A stretch of 64,000 nt of DNA from Streptosporangiaceae bacterium (GCA_036495485.1 DASXMU010000193.1:2618-66617), one strand, 5' to 3'. Counted from the stretch's first letter, positions 14,478-23,984 are shown. Notes: generated by a model not told the origin, from the letters alone. Made by a program: numbers and translations.

Positions 14478-16037
14478 TCAGTCGTGCCTGACCTCTCGGG
14501 GCAGGCCGAACCGGATCGATTCGGTGGTGATCACACGTTCGCTGGTCCGCACGGGCCCGAGCCCGCGCAGCGCGTCGATGATCTCCTCGACCACCACGGG
14601 CGGCGCCGAGGCGCCCGCGGTCAGCCCGATGGTGGACACGCCCTCTAGCCAGCTGAGCTGGATGTCCTCCGGGCCGTCGATCAGGTGGGCAGGCGTGCCT
14701 GCCCGCTCGGCGCGCTCGACAAGCCGCACCGAGTTGGACGAGTTGGCCGAACCGGCCACCAGCACCAGGCCGGCCTGCGCCGCCACCGCACGGATGGCGT
14801 TCTGCCGGTTGGTGGTCGCGTAGCAGATGTCGTCGCTGCGCGGGCCGCGGGCGCCGGGGAACCTGCTGGTGATGGCCTCGGCGAGCCCGCTGGCCTCGTC
14901 GGTGGCCAGCGTGGTCTGCATCAGGTAGGCGATCTTGTCCTGCTGTGGCGGGATCAGCTTCGCCACATCATCCTCGGTCTCGATGAGCACGGTGGACTGC
15001 GGCACCTCGCCGAGCGTGCCCTCGACCTCCTCGTGCCCCGCGTGCCCGATCAGCGCGACCAGGTACCCGTCGTTCGCGAACCGCCGGACCTCCGCGTGCA
15101 CTTTGGAGACCAGCGGGCAGGTCGCGTCCACGGTGGCCAGCCCACGGTCCGCCGCCTCCTGCCGCACCGCCGGCGCGACGCCGTGCGCGGAGAACACCAC
15201 GGTCGCCCCAGCCGGCACCTCGTCGAGCTCGTCGACGAAAATGGCGCCGCGCTGCTCCAGGTCGCTGACCACCCGGGTGTTGTGCACGATCTGCTTGCGC
15301 ACGTAGACCGGGGGTCCCTGCCGGTCGAGCACCCGCTCGACAACCTCGATGGCCCGCTCCACACCCGCGCAGAACGACCGCGGCCCGGCCAGCAGCACCT
15401 GCCGCTCCCCGGTCGCCGCCGCCCAGCGCTCCAGCACCGCCCCGGCCTCGCGCAGCGACCGCAGCGCGGCCAGCCCACCGGTCACGGTCCGGGGGTGCAG
15501 CAGCGTCCGGCCAGGGATGTCCGAGATCGCCCTGATCACAACGATCGGCTTTCCATCAGCCGCCGCCGCGAGCTGCGCGGACTCCATGTCGGCCGCCAGC
15601 GCGCCGCCAGCCGCGAGCCGCTCCCGGTCCGCACCGCTGACCAGGTGGTCAACGCTGACGATCCGCCCGGTCCGCACCCGCAGCCCGGCCCGCCGCAGTT
15701 CCCCGGCAAGCAACGGCGCCGACGCACAGCGCACCCCGCTGTCCGCGCCGTCGGTGACGATCTCGGTGCCGACGACGATGTCCCCCGGCCGCAGGCTCGG
15801 GTCCAGCCCGGCGCCCACTCCGGCGATGATTATTTTCCCAAAGAAATTTCCGGACGCTGCCCCAGCGAACCTCTCGGCAGCACGGCGGGCCCGGCTGGGC
15901 CCATAACCGGTGCGCATGACCTGGCCGCCGTCACCGCCAGCCCGGCGCATCCCACGCCGCAGCGCCCGCGCCTCAACCCCCAGCGGCGCACACACCAGCA
16001 ACGGCCCCAGCCCACCATCGGCCACCTGGCTACTCAC
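14478..16037 (-). CDS. ispH: Single ORF fusing an HpnG-like nucleosidase/phosphorylase domain to 4-hydroxy-3-methylbut-2-enyl diphosphate reductase (IspH)
   Basis: The N-terminal ~200 aa carries PLGVEARAL...IIAGVGAGL...[12 protein letters not shown]...IRAISD (PNP_UDP_1-like). It then runs without a stop into [19 protein letters not shown]...[10 protein letters not shown]...GSANSSNS (IspH). Confidence 0.85.
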   Translation of the reverse strand: MSSQVADGGLGPLLVCAPLGVEARALRRGMRRAGGDGGQVMRTGYGPSRARRAAERFAGAASGNFFGKIIIAGVGAGLDPSLRPGDIVVGTEIVTDGADSGVRCASAPLLAGELRRAGLRVRTGRIVSVDHLVSGADRERLAAGGALAADMESAQLAAAADGKPIVVIRAISDIPGRTLLHPRTVTGGLAALRSLREAGAVLERWAAATGERQVLLAGPRSFCAGVERAIEVVERVLDRQGPPVYVRKQIVHNTRVVSDLEQRGAIFVDELDEVPAGATVVFSAHGVAPAVRQEAADRGLATVDATCPLVSKVHAEVRRFANDGYLVALIGHAGHEEVEGTLGEVPQSTVLIETEDDVAKLIPPQQDKIAYLMQTTLATDEASGLAEAITSRFPGARGPRSDDICYATTNRQNAIRAVAAQAGLVLVAGSANSSNSVRLVERAERAGTPAHLIDGPEDIQLSWLEGVSTIGLTAGASAPPVVVEEIIDALRGLGPVRTSERVITTESIRFGLPREVRHD

Positions 16038-16068
16038 GCGCCCCCCTCACCCAAAGGCGGATGTCCTC

Positions 16069-16110
16069 GTTGTAGCAACGTCGACCAAAGAGTGTCGACG
16101 TTGCCACAAC
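16069..16110. other. 17-bp near-perfect inverted repeat between shc and hpnG::ispH
   Basis: gttgtagcaacgtcgac (16069-16085), an 8-nt loop, then gtcgacgttgccacaac (16094-16110). One mismatch. Confidence 0.6.
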
Positions 16111-16133
16111 GACCACATTCACCACCTGGCCCG

Positions 16134-18197
16134 TCATGCCGCACCCTCCACGGCCCGCAGGTAGCGGCCGATGGCGCTGATCGGGAAGACCAGCCGGTAG
16201 AGGTGGTAGTTGATGTAGAAGTCGCCGGGGAAGCCGGTGCCGGTGTACTGAGGCTCGTCCCAGGTTCCGTCGGCTCGCTGGCTGGCCGCCAGCCAGCTAA
16301 CCCCGCGCTCGATGGCCGGGCTCTCCGCCGCCAGGGGGCCCTCGGCCGCGAGCAGGGCGAGCAGCGCCCAGGCGGTCTGCGAAGCGGTGGACTCGCCCTG
16401 CCCGGCCAGCGCCGGGTCGTCGTAGGACCGCAGATCCTCACCCCAGCCGCCGTCGGCGTTCTGGTGACCCTCCAGCCACGCCACGGCCCGCCGGATGCAC
16501 GGCTTGCCCGGCTTCACCCCGGCGTCGATCAGCGCCGGCACCACGGCCCCGGTGCCGTAGACGTAGTTGGCGCCCCACCGCCCGAACCAGGACCCGTCCG
16601 CCTCCTGCGCCTTCAGCAGCCAGGTGACCCCACGGCGAACCGGCTGCGACCCGGCCAGTCCCTCGTGCGCAAACGCCTCCACGATGTGCGCCGTCACGTC
16701 CGCCGTCGGCGGGTCGATCACCGCACCGAAGTCGCAGAACGGCAGCTTGGTCACCAGTTGCCGGTCATTGTCGGCGTCGAACGCCCCCCAGCCCCCGTCC
16801 TTCGACTGCATCCCGGCCAGCCAGTGCACGGCCCGGCCGATGGCGTCCTGCGCCCGCTGCGGCGTCGGCCCGCCCACCGGCCAGCGCTTGCGCAGCCCAA
16901 GCAGCACCTCGGCCGTATCGTCGGTATCGGGGTACCCGTCGTTATCGAACTCGAAGGCCCACCCGCCAGCCTCGGTCCCCGGCCGTTTCACCTGCCAGTC
17001 CCCCGGCCCCGGCACCTCCTCATCCAGCACCCAGGCCGCCGCCCGCGCCATCGCCGGATCGTCACCCGCAACCCCCGCATCCCCCAGCGCAACCATCGCC
17101 AGCACGGTGTCCCACACCGGCGACTGGCAGGCCTCCAGCCGCCGGGTCGGCCCCTCCGGCGAGTCCTCGATGATCGTGAACCGCTTGAGCCCCTCCAGCC
17201 CGCGAGCCATCACCGGGTGATCCAGCCGGTACCCCAGCAGGTTCAGCGCGATCAGCGAGTACACCCAGGGCGGCTGAATCCCACCCCAGCAGCCATCCCG
17301 CTCCTGCCGGGCAATCGCCCATTCCGCACACCGCCGCAGCGCCGCCCGCCTGACGGCTGCCGCAGCCCCCCTCCCCCAGCGCCCCATAGCACTATCGGTG
17401 CTATGGCCGAGCGTGGCGGCGATGGTCGGGCGAGGGCCGTTCGGCAGCGCCGGCCGGCCATCGACCGAGCGTCGGCGCCCCGCCCCCAGCACCCTTTTCT
17501 CATAGACACGCAGTGCCTTGTCCACCCCGTTGAAGAAGACCGACCAGGGATCCCGGTCCTTGCCAGCCGGCGTCACCCCGGTCTTCAGCTCGTCCAGCGA
17601 GAACGGCAGCGGCCGGGACGGCTTCAGCGCCCCCACGATCGCCAGCGGCACGATCGTCTGCCGCGCCCAGTACCCCCAGTCGTAGACATTCAGCGGGAAC
17701 CAGGCCGGGAGGTAGATCAGCTCCGGCGGGATCACCGGCAGCGTGTCCCAGGACCACTGCCCGAGCAGCGCCAGCCAGATCCGGGTGAACACCCGGGACG
17801 CCCCGATCCCGCCGCGCTCTACGATCCAGTGGGCCGCCGTCGTCATGTGCGGCAGCTCCGGGGTGTCCCCGGCCAGCCGCAGCGCTACGTAGGACTCGAT
17901 CGTGGTGGACAGGTCGCCTGGCCCGCCGTAGAAGTTGGCCCAGGTGCCGTCGTCACGCTGCTTGGACCGGATCCAGCGGGCCGCCGCCGCGCTCTCGGCC
18001 TCGGTCCTGATGCCGAGGAACTGGCGCAGCATCAGGTCTTCGGCGTCCATGGTGACGTTGGTCTCGAGCTCACCTTGCCACCAGCCCGCCTCGTGCTGGA
18101 GCCCGATCAGGTGATCGCGCGCACGATTGAGCGTCAGCCGGGCGGCCTCGGGGGTGCCAGCAGCTCCGGCCTGCGGCCCAGAATGCGTCAGCGTCAT
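16134..18197 (-). CDS. shc: Squalene-hopene cyclase
   Basis: Track ORF 16134..18698 is over-extended. ATG 18197 (MTLTHSG) lies 8 nt after the stop of the upstream gene. It has a DTDDTA (DxDD) motif, repeated QW-type motifs, and GGWGEDLRSY. Confidence 0.95.
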   Translation of the reverse strand: MTLTHSGPQAGAAGTPEAARLTLNRARDHLIGLQHEAGWWQGELETNVTMDAEDLMLRQFLGIRTEAESAAAARWIRSKQRDDGTWANFYGGPGDLSTTIESYVALRLAGDTPELPHMTTAAHWIVERGGIGASRVFTRIWLALLGQWSWDTLPVIPPELIYLPAWFPLNVYDWGYWARQTIVPLAIVGALKPSRPLPFSLDELKTGVTPAGKDRDPWSVFFNGVDKALRVYEKRVLGAGRRRSVDGRPALPNGPRPTIAATLGHSTDSAMGRWGRGAAAAVRRAALRRCAEWAIARQERDGCWGGIQPPWVYSLIALNLLGYRLDHPVMARGLEGLKRFTIIEDSPEGPTRRLEACQSPVWDTVLAMVALGDAGVAGDDPAMARAAAWVLDEEVPGPGDWQVKRPGTEAGGWAFEFDNDGYPDTDDTAEVLLGLRKRWPVGGPTPQRAQDAIGRAVHWLAGMQSKDGGWGAFDADNDRQLVTKLPFCDFGAVIDPPTADVTAHIVEAFAHEGLAGSQPVRRGVTWLLKAQEADGSWFGRWGANYVYGTGAVVPALIDAGVKPGKPCIRRAVAWLEGHQNADGGWGEDLRSYDDPALAGQGESTASQTAWALLALLAAEGPLAAESPAIERGVSWLAASQRADGTWDEPQYTGTGFPGDFYINYHLYRLVFPISAIGRYLRAVEGAA

Positions 18198-18205
18198 CCG
18201 GTCTC

Positions 18206-19219
18206 TCAGCTCTGCCTGGTAGTGATGAACTGGGCGATTGCGGAGAACTCCGCCCTGACGCTGGCTGGCATGTCGGTCTCGGCCAGGCAGCGCTCCGCCT
18301 CGGCGAGCTGGCTGTCCGCCTCCGTCTCGGTCCACCGCTTGCCACCGGACTCCTCGACCAGCCGGGCGGCGCGGATCAGGTCCTGTTCGGTCAGCGGTTG
18401 TGGCTGGGCGAGCAGGACGCGCAGCTCCTCGCCCTGGGCCAGGCCGCTGTTCAGCGCCGCTACGACGGGGAGCGACTTCTTCCTGGCCCGCAGGTCGGCC
18501 CGGACCGGCTTGCCGGTGATCTCCGGTGCCCCCCAGATGCCGAGCAGGTCGTCGGTGAGCTGGAAGGCCAGGCCGACGTGCGCGCCGAACCCGGCCAGGC
18601 CCATGGCCAGCGCGGGCGGCGCGCCCAGGTGCACGGCGCCGATGCTGCACGCACAGGCCATCAGCGCGGCGGTCTTGTCGCCGGCCATCGTCATGCACTC
18701 GCTGAGCGTGACATCGTCGCGCTTCTCGAACGCCAGGTCCGACCCCTGGCCGGCGATCAGCCGCAGCACGGCGGCGTTGACGCAGCGGGCGGCCCAGCTG
18801 CCCTGGGCGCCGCTGTCCTCGAGCAGGATGTCCTGGGCCAGCGCGAGCAGGGCGTCGCCGGCCAGGATGGCCGGGCCGATCCCGTAGACCTTCCAGGCCG
18901 TCGGCCGGTGCCTGCGCTCGACGTCGCCGTCCATGATGTCGTCGTGCAGCAGCGAGAAGTTGTGCACGAGCTCGACCGCGACCGCGGCCGGGACGCCACG
19001 CTTCGGCTCGGCGCCGGTGGCCCTGGCGGACAGCAGCGCGAGCGCGGGCCGCAGCGTCTTGCCACCCGATCCGGTCGGCCGCCCCTCGGCGTCGGTCAGG
19101 CCCAGGTGGTAGGCGGCTACCGCCCGCACCTCGGGGGTCAGCCGGTCGACCGAGGCGGCGAGCGCGGGCCCGACGAGATCCCGGGCGATCGCCACGCCCT
19201 CGGGCATCACGGCGGTCAT
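18206..19219 (-). CDS. Polyprenyl (farnesyl/geranylgeranyl) diphosphate synthase
   Basis: Aspartate-rich motifs LLHDDIMDGD and FQLTDDLLG. ATGA overlap with the hpnE stop. Confidence 0.9.
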   Translation of the reverse strand: MTAVMPEGVAIARDLVGPALAASVDRLTPEVRAVAAYHLGLTDAEGRPTGSGGKTLRPALALLSARATGAEPKRGVPAAVAVELVHNFSLLHDDIMDGDVERRHRPTAWKVYGIGPAILAGDALLALAQDILLEDSGAQGSWAARCVNAAVLRLIAGQGSDLAFEKRDDVTLSECMTMAGDKTAALMACACSIGAVHLGAPPALAMGLAGFGAHVGLAFQLTDDLLGIWGAPEITGKPVRADLRARKKSLPVVAALNSGLAQGEELRVLLAQPQPLTEQDLIRAARLVEESGGKRWTETEADSQLAEAERCLAETDMPASVRAEFSAIAQFITTRQS

Positions 19220-21006
19220 GCGTCCGCCCCGAACACTCCCGCTGGGTGTGACACCGCGGTCATCCGTGCGGTCGCGCCCAGTGACCGGCGCAACTCGCGT
19301 GCCGCATTAAGTCCGCTTCGCACAGCACCCTCCATCGTGTCTGGCCATCCTGTGTCGGTCCACGCCCCGGCGAGAGCCAGGCCGGGCAGGCCGGTGGCGG
19401 CGGGGGGCCGCAACCGCTCACAGCCGGGCTCCTGCCGGAACGTAGCGCGTCGTTCCCTGGTGACAAAGAAGTCGGTGACCCGTGCGACGGCGGCCGCGGG
19501 GAACAGTTCGCCGAGCGCGGGCACGAAGATCTCACGCAGCTTCGCGGCCGGGAGGTCCACCATCTCGTCGGCGGCGGAAACCGAGACCGCGATGTACTGA
19601 CCGGCCACCCCGGCGTGGTCGCGGGCCAGCCCGGACTGCGCGGTCCGGTCGAACACCCACTGCACGGGTGAGTCTACGGCCGCGACGAACGGCGGGCTCA
19701 TCACCTTCCGGTCGTAGACCACGTGCACGTTGAGGATCGGGGACGAACCGAGATCCCGCCACGAGCCGGCGGCCTTGGCCGCAGCCGAGGCGGCCGGCGG
19801 GATCAGCCGGGCAGCCTGCTCCGGCGGGACGGCGATGATCACACCGTCGGCCTCGATCACCCCGCTGGTCAGGGCACCGTGAGCCGCGCCGTTGGCAGTA
19901 CCTTTTTGGCCGGGATTCCGCCCTGCGGCACCGTTCAGGGCCGTCAGCGCGCCGTTCCCGTCCGGCAGCGCCGGGTCGGCGTGCCGGCCCAGGCGGACGA
20001 TGAACCGGCCACCCCGCCCGGCTGGCGCGGCAGCGCTGGTCTCGCTGGGCACCGTGCTGAACCCACCACCCGTCCCGGATGGCTCGCTGCCAGCGACCGG
20101 GTCGCTGGGCACTGTGCTGAACCCACTCCCCCGCCCGGATGGCTCGCCGCCAGCGACCGGGTCGCTGGGTGCCGTGCTGAACCCACCACCCCGCCCGGAT
20201 GGCTCGCGGCCAGCGACCGGGTCCGCCCGGTCAATTTCTTTTTCAAAAAATGAAAAATCGGGGCCGCGGTATTCGTATTCATATTCAACGGCGGCGACCT
20301 TGGCGTTCAGCCGGACGTCCGCGCCCTGGCGGCGCAGCAGGTCCATGGCCGCCTGGCCGTGCAGGTCACCGAGCGGCACCGCGGGCACCCCGATGTCGGC
20401 CGCGTCCCGCTTGCCGAGCAGCGCGGTCTTCACCACGGTCGCGGCCAGCGCGAGGTTCGCGTCGTCCCCGGCGACGTTGAGCGAGGACACGGTGAACAGG
20501 TCCCACAGCGCGCGGCGGGCGCGCTCGCTCTGGCCCCTGGCGGCCAGCCAGTCGCCGAGCTTGAGCTGGTCGACGGCGGGGCTGGCCGGGTCGAGGCGCT
20601 TCATCGCGAGCGCGGCGCGGCCGACCATCAGCCGCTCGGGGAGGGACAGCAGCGGGTAGGCGGCGAGCGCCGCTCCCATGTGCAGCGGGCCGGGCAGCGA
20701 GTTGCGGCGCAGCCGTGCCTGCCGGGCTTGCGGACCGGGCCTGAGCACGGTGACGTCGAACCTGTCCTGGAGCATGACCGAGCTGGTCATGCCGAGCCTG
20801 CCGAGCAGCCCGCGATAGGCGGTGCAGCAGCGGAGGAAGACGTGCTGGCCGTTGTCGACCACCAGCCCGTCGCGGCTGAACGAGCAGGTCGCACCGCCCA
20901 GCCGTGGCCTGGCCTCCAGAAGTGTGACCTCGGCGCCCACCTCACGCAAGGCGATCGCCGCGCTGATCCCGGCCAGCCCGCCGCCGATGACGACCACGCG
21001 GCTCAT
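19216..21006 (-). CDS. hpnE: Hydroxysqualene dehydroxylase (FAD amine-oxidase family) carrying a ~130-150 aa low-complexity insertion
   Basis: VVVIGGGLAGISAAIAL..EARPRLGG..DNGQHVFLRCCTAY. 596 aa. The internal segment EYEYEYRGPDFSFFEKEID + 3x (DPVAG.EPSG.G.GFST.PS) is not expected in this family. Confidence 0.85.
   Translation of the reverse strand: MSRVVVIGGGLAGISAAIALREVGAEVTLLEARPRLGGATCSFSRDGLVVDNGQHVFLRCCTAYRGLLGRLGMTSSVMLQDRFDVTVLRPGPQARQARLRRNSLPGPLHMGAALAAYPLLSLPERLMVGRAALAMKRLDPASPAVDQLKLGDWLAARGQSERARRALWDLFTVSSLNVAGDDANLALAATVVKTALLGKRDAADIGVPAVPLGDLHGQAAMDLLRRQGADVRLNAKVAAVEYEYEYRGPDFSFFEKEIDRADPVAGREPSGRGGGFSTAPSDPVAGGEPSGRGSGFSTVPSDPVAGSEPSGTGGGFSTVPSETSAAAPAGRGGRFIVRLGRHADPALPDGNGALTALNGAAGRNPGQKGTANGAAHGALTSGVIEADGVIIAVPPEQAARLIPPAASAAAKAAGSWRDLGSSPILNVHVVYDRKVMSPPFVAAVDSPVQWVFDRTAQSGLARDHAGVAGQYIAVSVSAADEMVDLPAAKLREIFVPALGELFPAAAVARVTDFFVTRERRATFRQEPGCERLRPPAATGLPGLALAGAWTDTGWPDTMEGAVRSGLNAARELRRSLGATARMTAVSHPAGVFGADA
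20041..20220. repeat. Three tandem 60-bp in-frame repeats inside hpnE
   Basis: Units at 20041-20100, 20101-20160 and 20161-20220 differ at only a few positions (gtcgctgggcac[ct]gtgctgaaccca...ggctcgc.gccagcgaccgg). Confidence 0.95.
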
Positions 21007-21914
21007 GCCTGCCTCCCCGCGCCGTGGAGGGCTGCGGTGTGCCGGGGGCGGACGGTCATGCCGGCCAGGCAGCGAATGGCGACGGTGACCTTCTCGCCGG
21101 TGGACAGGGAGAGCCTGCCCTTGAGCACCTCGGCCGGGGCCGCCGCGATCCGCTCCAGCAGCCGCCGGTAGATGCCGGCCATCGCACCGGCCGAGGCGGC
21201 GCTGCGCCGGTCCAGCATGGGCAGCAGCCGCATGCCGGTGGCGTACCAGGTGCGGGCCCGCTCGGCCTCGAAGCCGACCAGCTTAGCCAGCGGCCCGGTC
21301 TGCTGGTCGCGCTGCGCCGCGCCAGGGCCCTCCAGGCTGCAGCCGAACCTGCCGAGATCCTCGGCGGGCAGGTAGACCCGGCCGTTCTGGTAGTCCTCGC
21401 GGATGTCGCGCAGGATGTTGGTGAGCTGGAGGGCCACGCCGAGCGCGTCGGCCAGCGGCGCCGCCCCGGCCTGGTCCCCGGCACCGAACACGCCCAGCGA
21501 GAGCCTGCCGACCGAGCCCGCGACGCAGCGGCAGTAGTACAGCAGCTCGTCGAAGGTGGTGTAAGTGGTGCCCTTGACGTCGGCCACGCAGCCATCGACG
21601 ATCTCGCCGAACGCCTCGACCGGGATCGGGAACCGGCGGGACGCGTCGTCCAGGGCGATGAGCACGGGGTCCGAGGTGGGCGGCTGGCCGCCGGCCAGGC
21701 ACTGCACGGCCTCGCGCGCCTGCGCCAGGGCGGTGAGCTTGTCGGCGGCGGGCAGCGTCCCGTCCCCGATGTCGTCGATCCGGCGGGCGAACGCGTAGAC
21801 GGCGGACAGCGCCCGCCGCTTGGGCGGCGGCAGCAGCTTGATGCCGTAGGAGAAGTTCCGCGCCTGCGCCGTGGTGACCTGCTCGCAGTGCTGGTAGGCG
21901 GCTGTCACATCCAT
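21003..21914 (-). CDS. hpnD: Presqualene diphosphate synthase
   Basis: ATG 21914 (MDVTAAYQHCE..), with GGGGAGGTGA upstream. ARNFSYGIKLLP..YAFARRIDDIGD and LQLTNILRDIRED. The track start is over-extended. Confidence 0.9.
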   Translation of the reverse strand: MDVTAAYQHCEQVTTAQARNFSYGIKLLPPPKRRALSAVYAFARRIDDIGDGTLPAADKLTALAQAREAVQCLAGGQPPTSDPVLIALDDASRRFPIPVEAFGEIVDGCVADVKGTTYTTFDELLYYCRCVAGSVGRLSLGVFGAGDQAGAAPLADALGVALQLTNILRDIREDYQNGRVYLPAEDLGRFGCSLEGPGAAQRDQQTGPLAKLVGFEAERARTWYATGMRLLPMLDRRSAASAGAMAGIYRRLLERIAAAPAEVLKGRLSLSTGEKVTVAIRCLAGMTVRPRHTAALHGAGRQA

Positions 21915-21921
21915 CGCGGGC

Positions 21922-22923
21922 TCACCTCCCCTTCGTGTAGGCACGGGCGGCCTCGGCGGCCAGGCGGCGCTTGGCCGGCCGCGGCGTGACCGCCAGCACG
22001 TCATAGTCGGCGGCGCGGATCGCGGCGAGCGCGGCACGGCCGCCAGCGACGTAACCCGCCACCGCGACCCTGGCCGCGCCGTGCAGTGTGGCGATCAGCG
22101 GCGAGCCCGCGTTCAGCAGCGCGGACGCCCTGGCCACCTGGAACGACATCAGCGCGCGTACCTTGTCCCCGGCGGACGGCTGGGCGAGGTCGGCCTCGGT
22201 GCAGCCGAAGCTGTCCAGGTCTTCCACCGGGAGGTAGATCCGGTCTGCCCGCAGGTCCTCGGCCACGTCCTGCCAGTGTTCGGCGAGCTGCAGCGCACTG
22301 CAGATGCGATCGGAGAGCTTGGCCTGCCGGGGCGAGCTGGCGCCGAAGATGTGCAGCACCATGCGGCCGACCGGGTCGGCGGACAGCCTGCAGTAGCCGA
22401 GCAGGTCGCCGAAGGTCTGGTAACGGCTGACAATCTGGTCCTGGCGGTTCGCCTGGATGAGGTCGCGGAGCAACTGGCCGGGGATGGCGCACTCGGTGAC
22501 GGTCGGGCCCAGGCCCGTGATGACCTCAGTCCGTGGCGCCACTCCGGCGCGGAGCCGGTCGATGTCGTCCTCGAGCTCGTCGAGCAGCCGCAGCCGCCGC
22601 TCCACCAGGCTGGCGTCCGGCCGCCGGTCCTGGCCGCCGGTCTGGCCGGGCAGCGCCTCGTCGCCGATGTCGTCCACGGTCCGGGCGAACTCGTAGACGG
22701 CCATCAGGTGCCGCCGGTACCGCCCCGGCAGCAGCCGCATGGCAACCGGAAAGTTCTCGGCGGGCGCCTGCGCCGCTGCGCCCGCCGTAATGAGGGAGAC
22801 CTGCGTGTCACCCGGCTCCCCGGTACCGCCCGGCGGGGCGTCGGGCCGGCCACGTTCAGCCCGTGGGCCGTCCGCGCGCACGGCAGCCAGCCGCGCCAGG
22901 GCATGACGATCAGCAGGGCTCAC
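21922..22923 (-). CDS. hpnC: Hydroxysqualene synthase
   Basis: ENFPVAMRLLP...YEFARTVDDIGDE...LQLAEHWQDVAEDLR. The start is uncertain (GTG 22923 is preferred; the track gives 22992). Confidence 0.85.
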   Translation of the reverse strand: MSPADRHALARLAAVRADGPRAERGRPDAPPGGTGEPGDTQVSLITAGAAAQAPAENFPVAMRLLPGRYRRHLMAVYEFARTVDDIGDEALPGQTGGQDRRPDASLVERRLRLLDELEDDIDRLRAGVAPRTEVITGLGPTVTECAIPGQLLRDLIQANRQDQIVSRYQTFGDLLGYCRLSADPVGRMVLHIFGASSPRQAKLSDRICSALQLAEHWQDVAEDLRADRIYLPVEDLDSFGCTEADLAQPSAGDKVRALMSFQVARASALLNAGSPLIATLHGAARVAVAGYVAGGRAALAAIRAADYDVLAVTPRPAKRRLAAEAARAYTKGR

Positions 22924-23039
22924 GATTCTCCCGCAACCGGCCCATCCGGGACGTATTAAGAGGACCGTGCCCACGACTGAGTGGTGTCGCACCGCGCGTC
23001 ACGCTGTCTATTTCGGCACAGCTCCCTGAGGAATGCAAA

Positions 23040-23135
23040 TAATGACACACGCGTCACATGACACAGGTGTCGTTTTTATCCCGGAGACTGCGGATTCATT
23101 AATGACGCGCGTGTCACATGACACTGGCGTCGTTT
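23040..23135. promoter_or_regulatory. Two 36-bp direct repeats exactly 60 bp apart upstream of the hopanoid operon (candidate operator pair)
   Basis: taatgacacacgcgtcacatgacacaggtgtcgttt (23040-23075) versus taatgacgcgcgtgtcacatgacactggcgtcgttt (23100-23135): 31/36 identical. Each contains short palindromic cores (gacac..gtgtc). Confidence 0.5.
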
Positions 23136-23984
23136 CGGCCGCGGGTGCTCGATTGACCCCGGTCCGATGCGCCTTGCCCACGAGCCGGTAAATTACATTG
23201 CCATGTTACCCAGAACGTGCTATCAGGGCAGCCTGGCCGGTCGTGCCGCCGACCGGCCGTGGCTGGGAGCCGTGCACCCGGTAGCGCGGGCACGTGGCCG
23301 TGCATGACGATAACACCCCATAGGCCGATCATGCCGGCCCACCTTAGCCCGATGGCTGGCTGGTGATCAGCAGCCGGTCGCCGGGCTCACACAATGGTGA
23401 ATTGACCGCCACGGCCGGTCAGTGCCGCCGCATTTAGCGGGCTTATCCAGCGCTGACCGCCAGGGTGGATTATGCGGGCAGCGGAAACCGGTCAGCAAGT
23501 TCGCCGGGCTGATCACGGTCTCGGCGGTCAGTGGGTGCCTGCCGTTCCGTTGAGTGCATAGGCCGTGTCATCCCATTCGGCGCGGACGGGAATGCCGGGC
23601 AGGCCATCGGGGACACGGCGGGGAAGGGCCAGGCAGCGGGCGGCCGGGCGGCCGACCTGGGCACCGCTGGTATTTGTACAATCATGTCGGGGTAGTGGAT
23701 TGCCGCCTGGGCAGCAAGCGCGCCGCGAAGCCGGCGACGGTGCGGACGGGCGGGATCATAGGCAACCGCATTGCCGCCATTGGCGGCCGGGCGTGAATGC
23801 CACCCCGCGATCCGCAACGGATGCCGCATCGGGGTACTAGCCGTTCGTCTCGGGACAAGCCGCCACTATGATGACGAACATCGGCTAGCCGGGCTGGGGC
23901 GTGATTGCCGCCGCTGGGCTCGGCCGGTGGGTGATTTGTGCTGCGCGGGTCGGCGCGTGTGACTGCCATGGGAGAGGTGCTGTC

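Noticed and set aside
14685-18887. A 1400-aa plus-strand ORF, and similar giants: 588-1916, 6926-8326, 33115-35562, 56887-58809, 10068-11468.
   Set aside because: Their composition is extreme Arg/Gly/Pro/His-rich with no recognisable domains. They lie exactly antisense to well-supported genes (ispH, shc, polyprenyl synthase and others). These are typical shadow ORFs of high-GC DNA.
23380-23440. ggtgaattgaccgccacggccggtcagtgcc looked faintly like a cobalamin-riboswitch core.
   Set aside because: It lacks the conserved GCCACTG B12-box context and the flanking helices, and no downstream B12-related gene is present.
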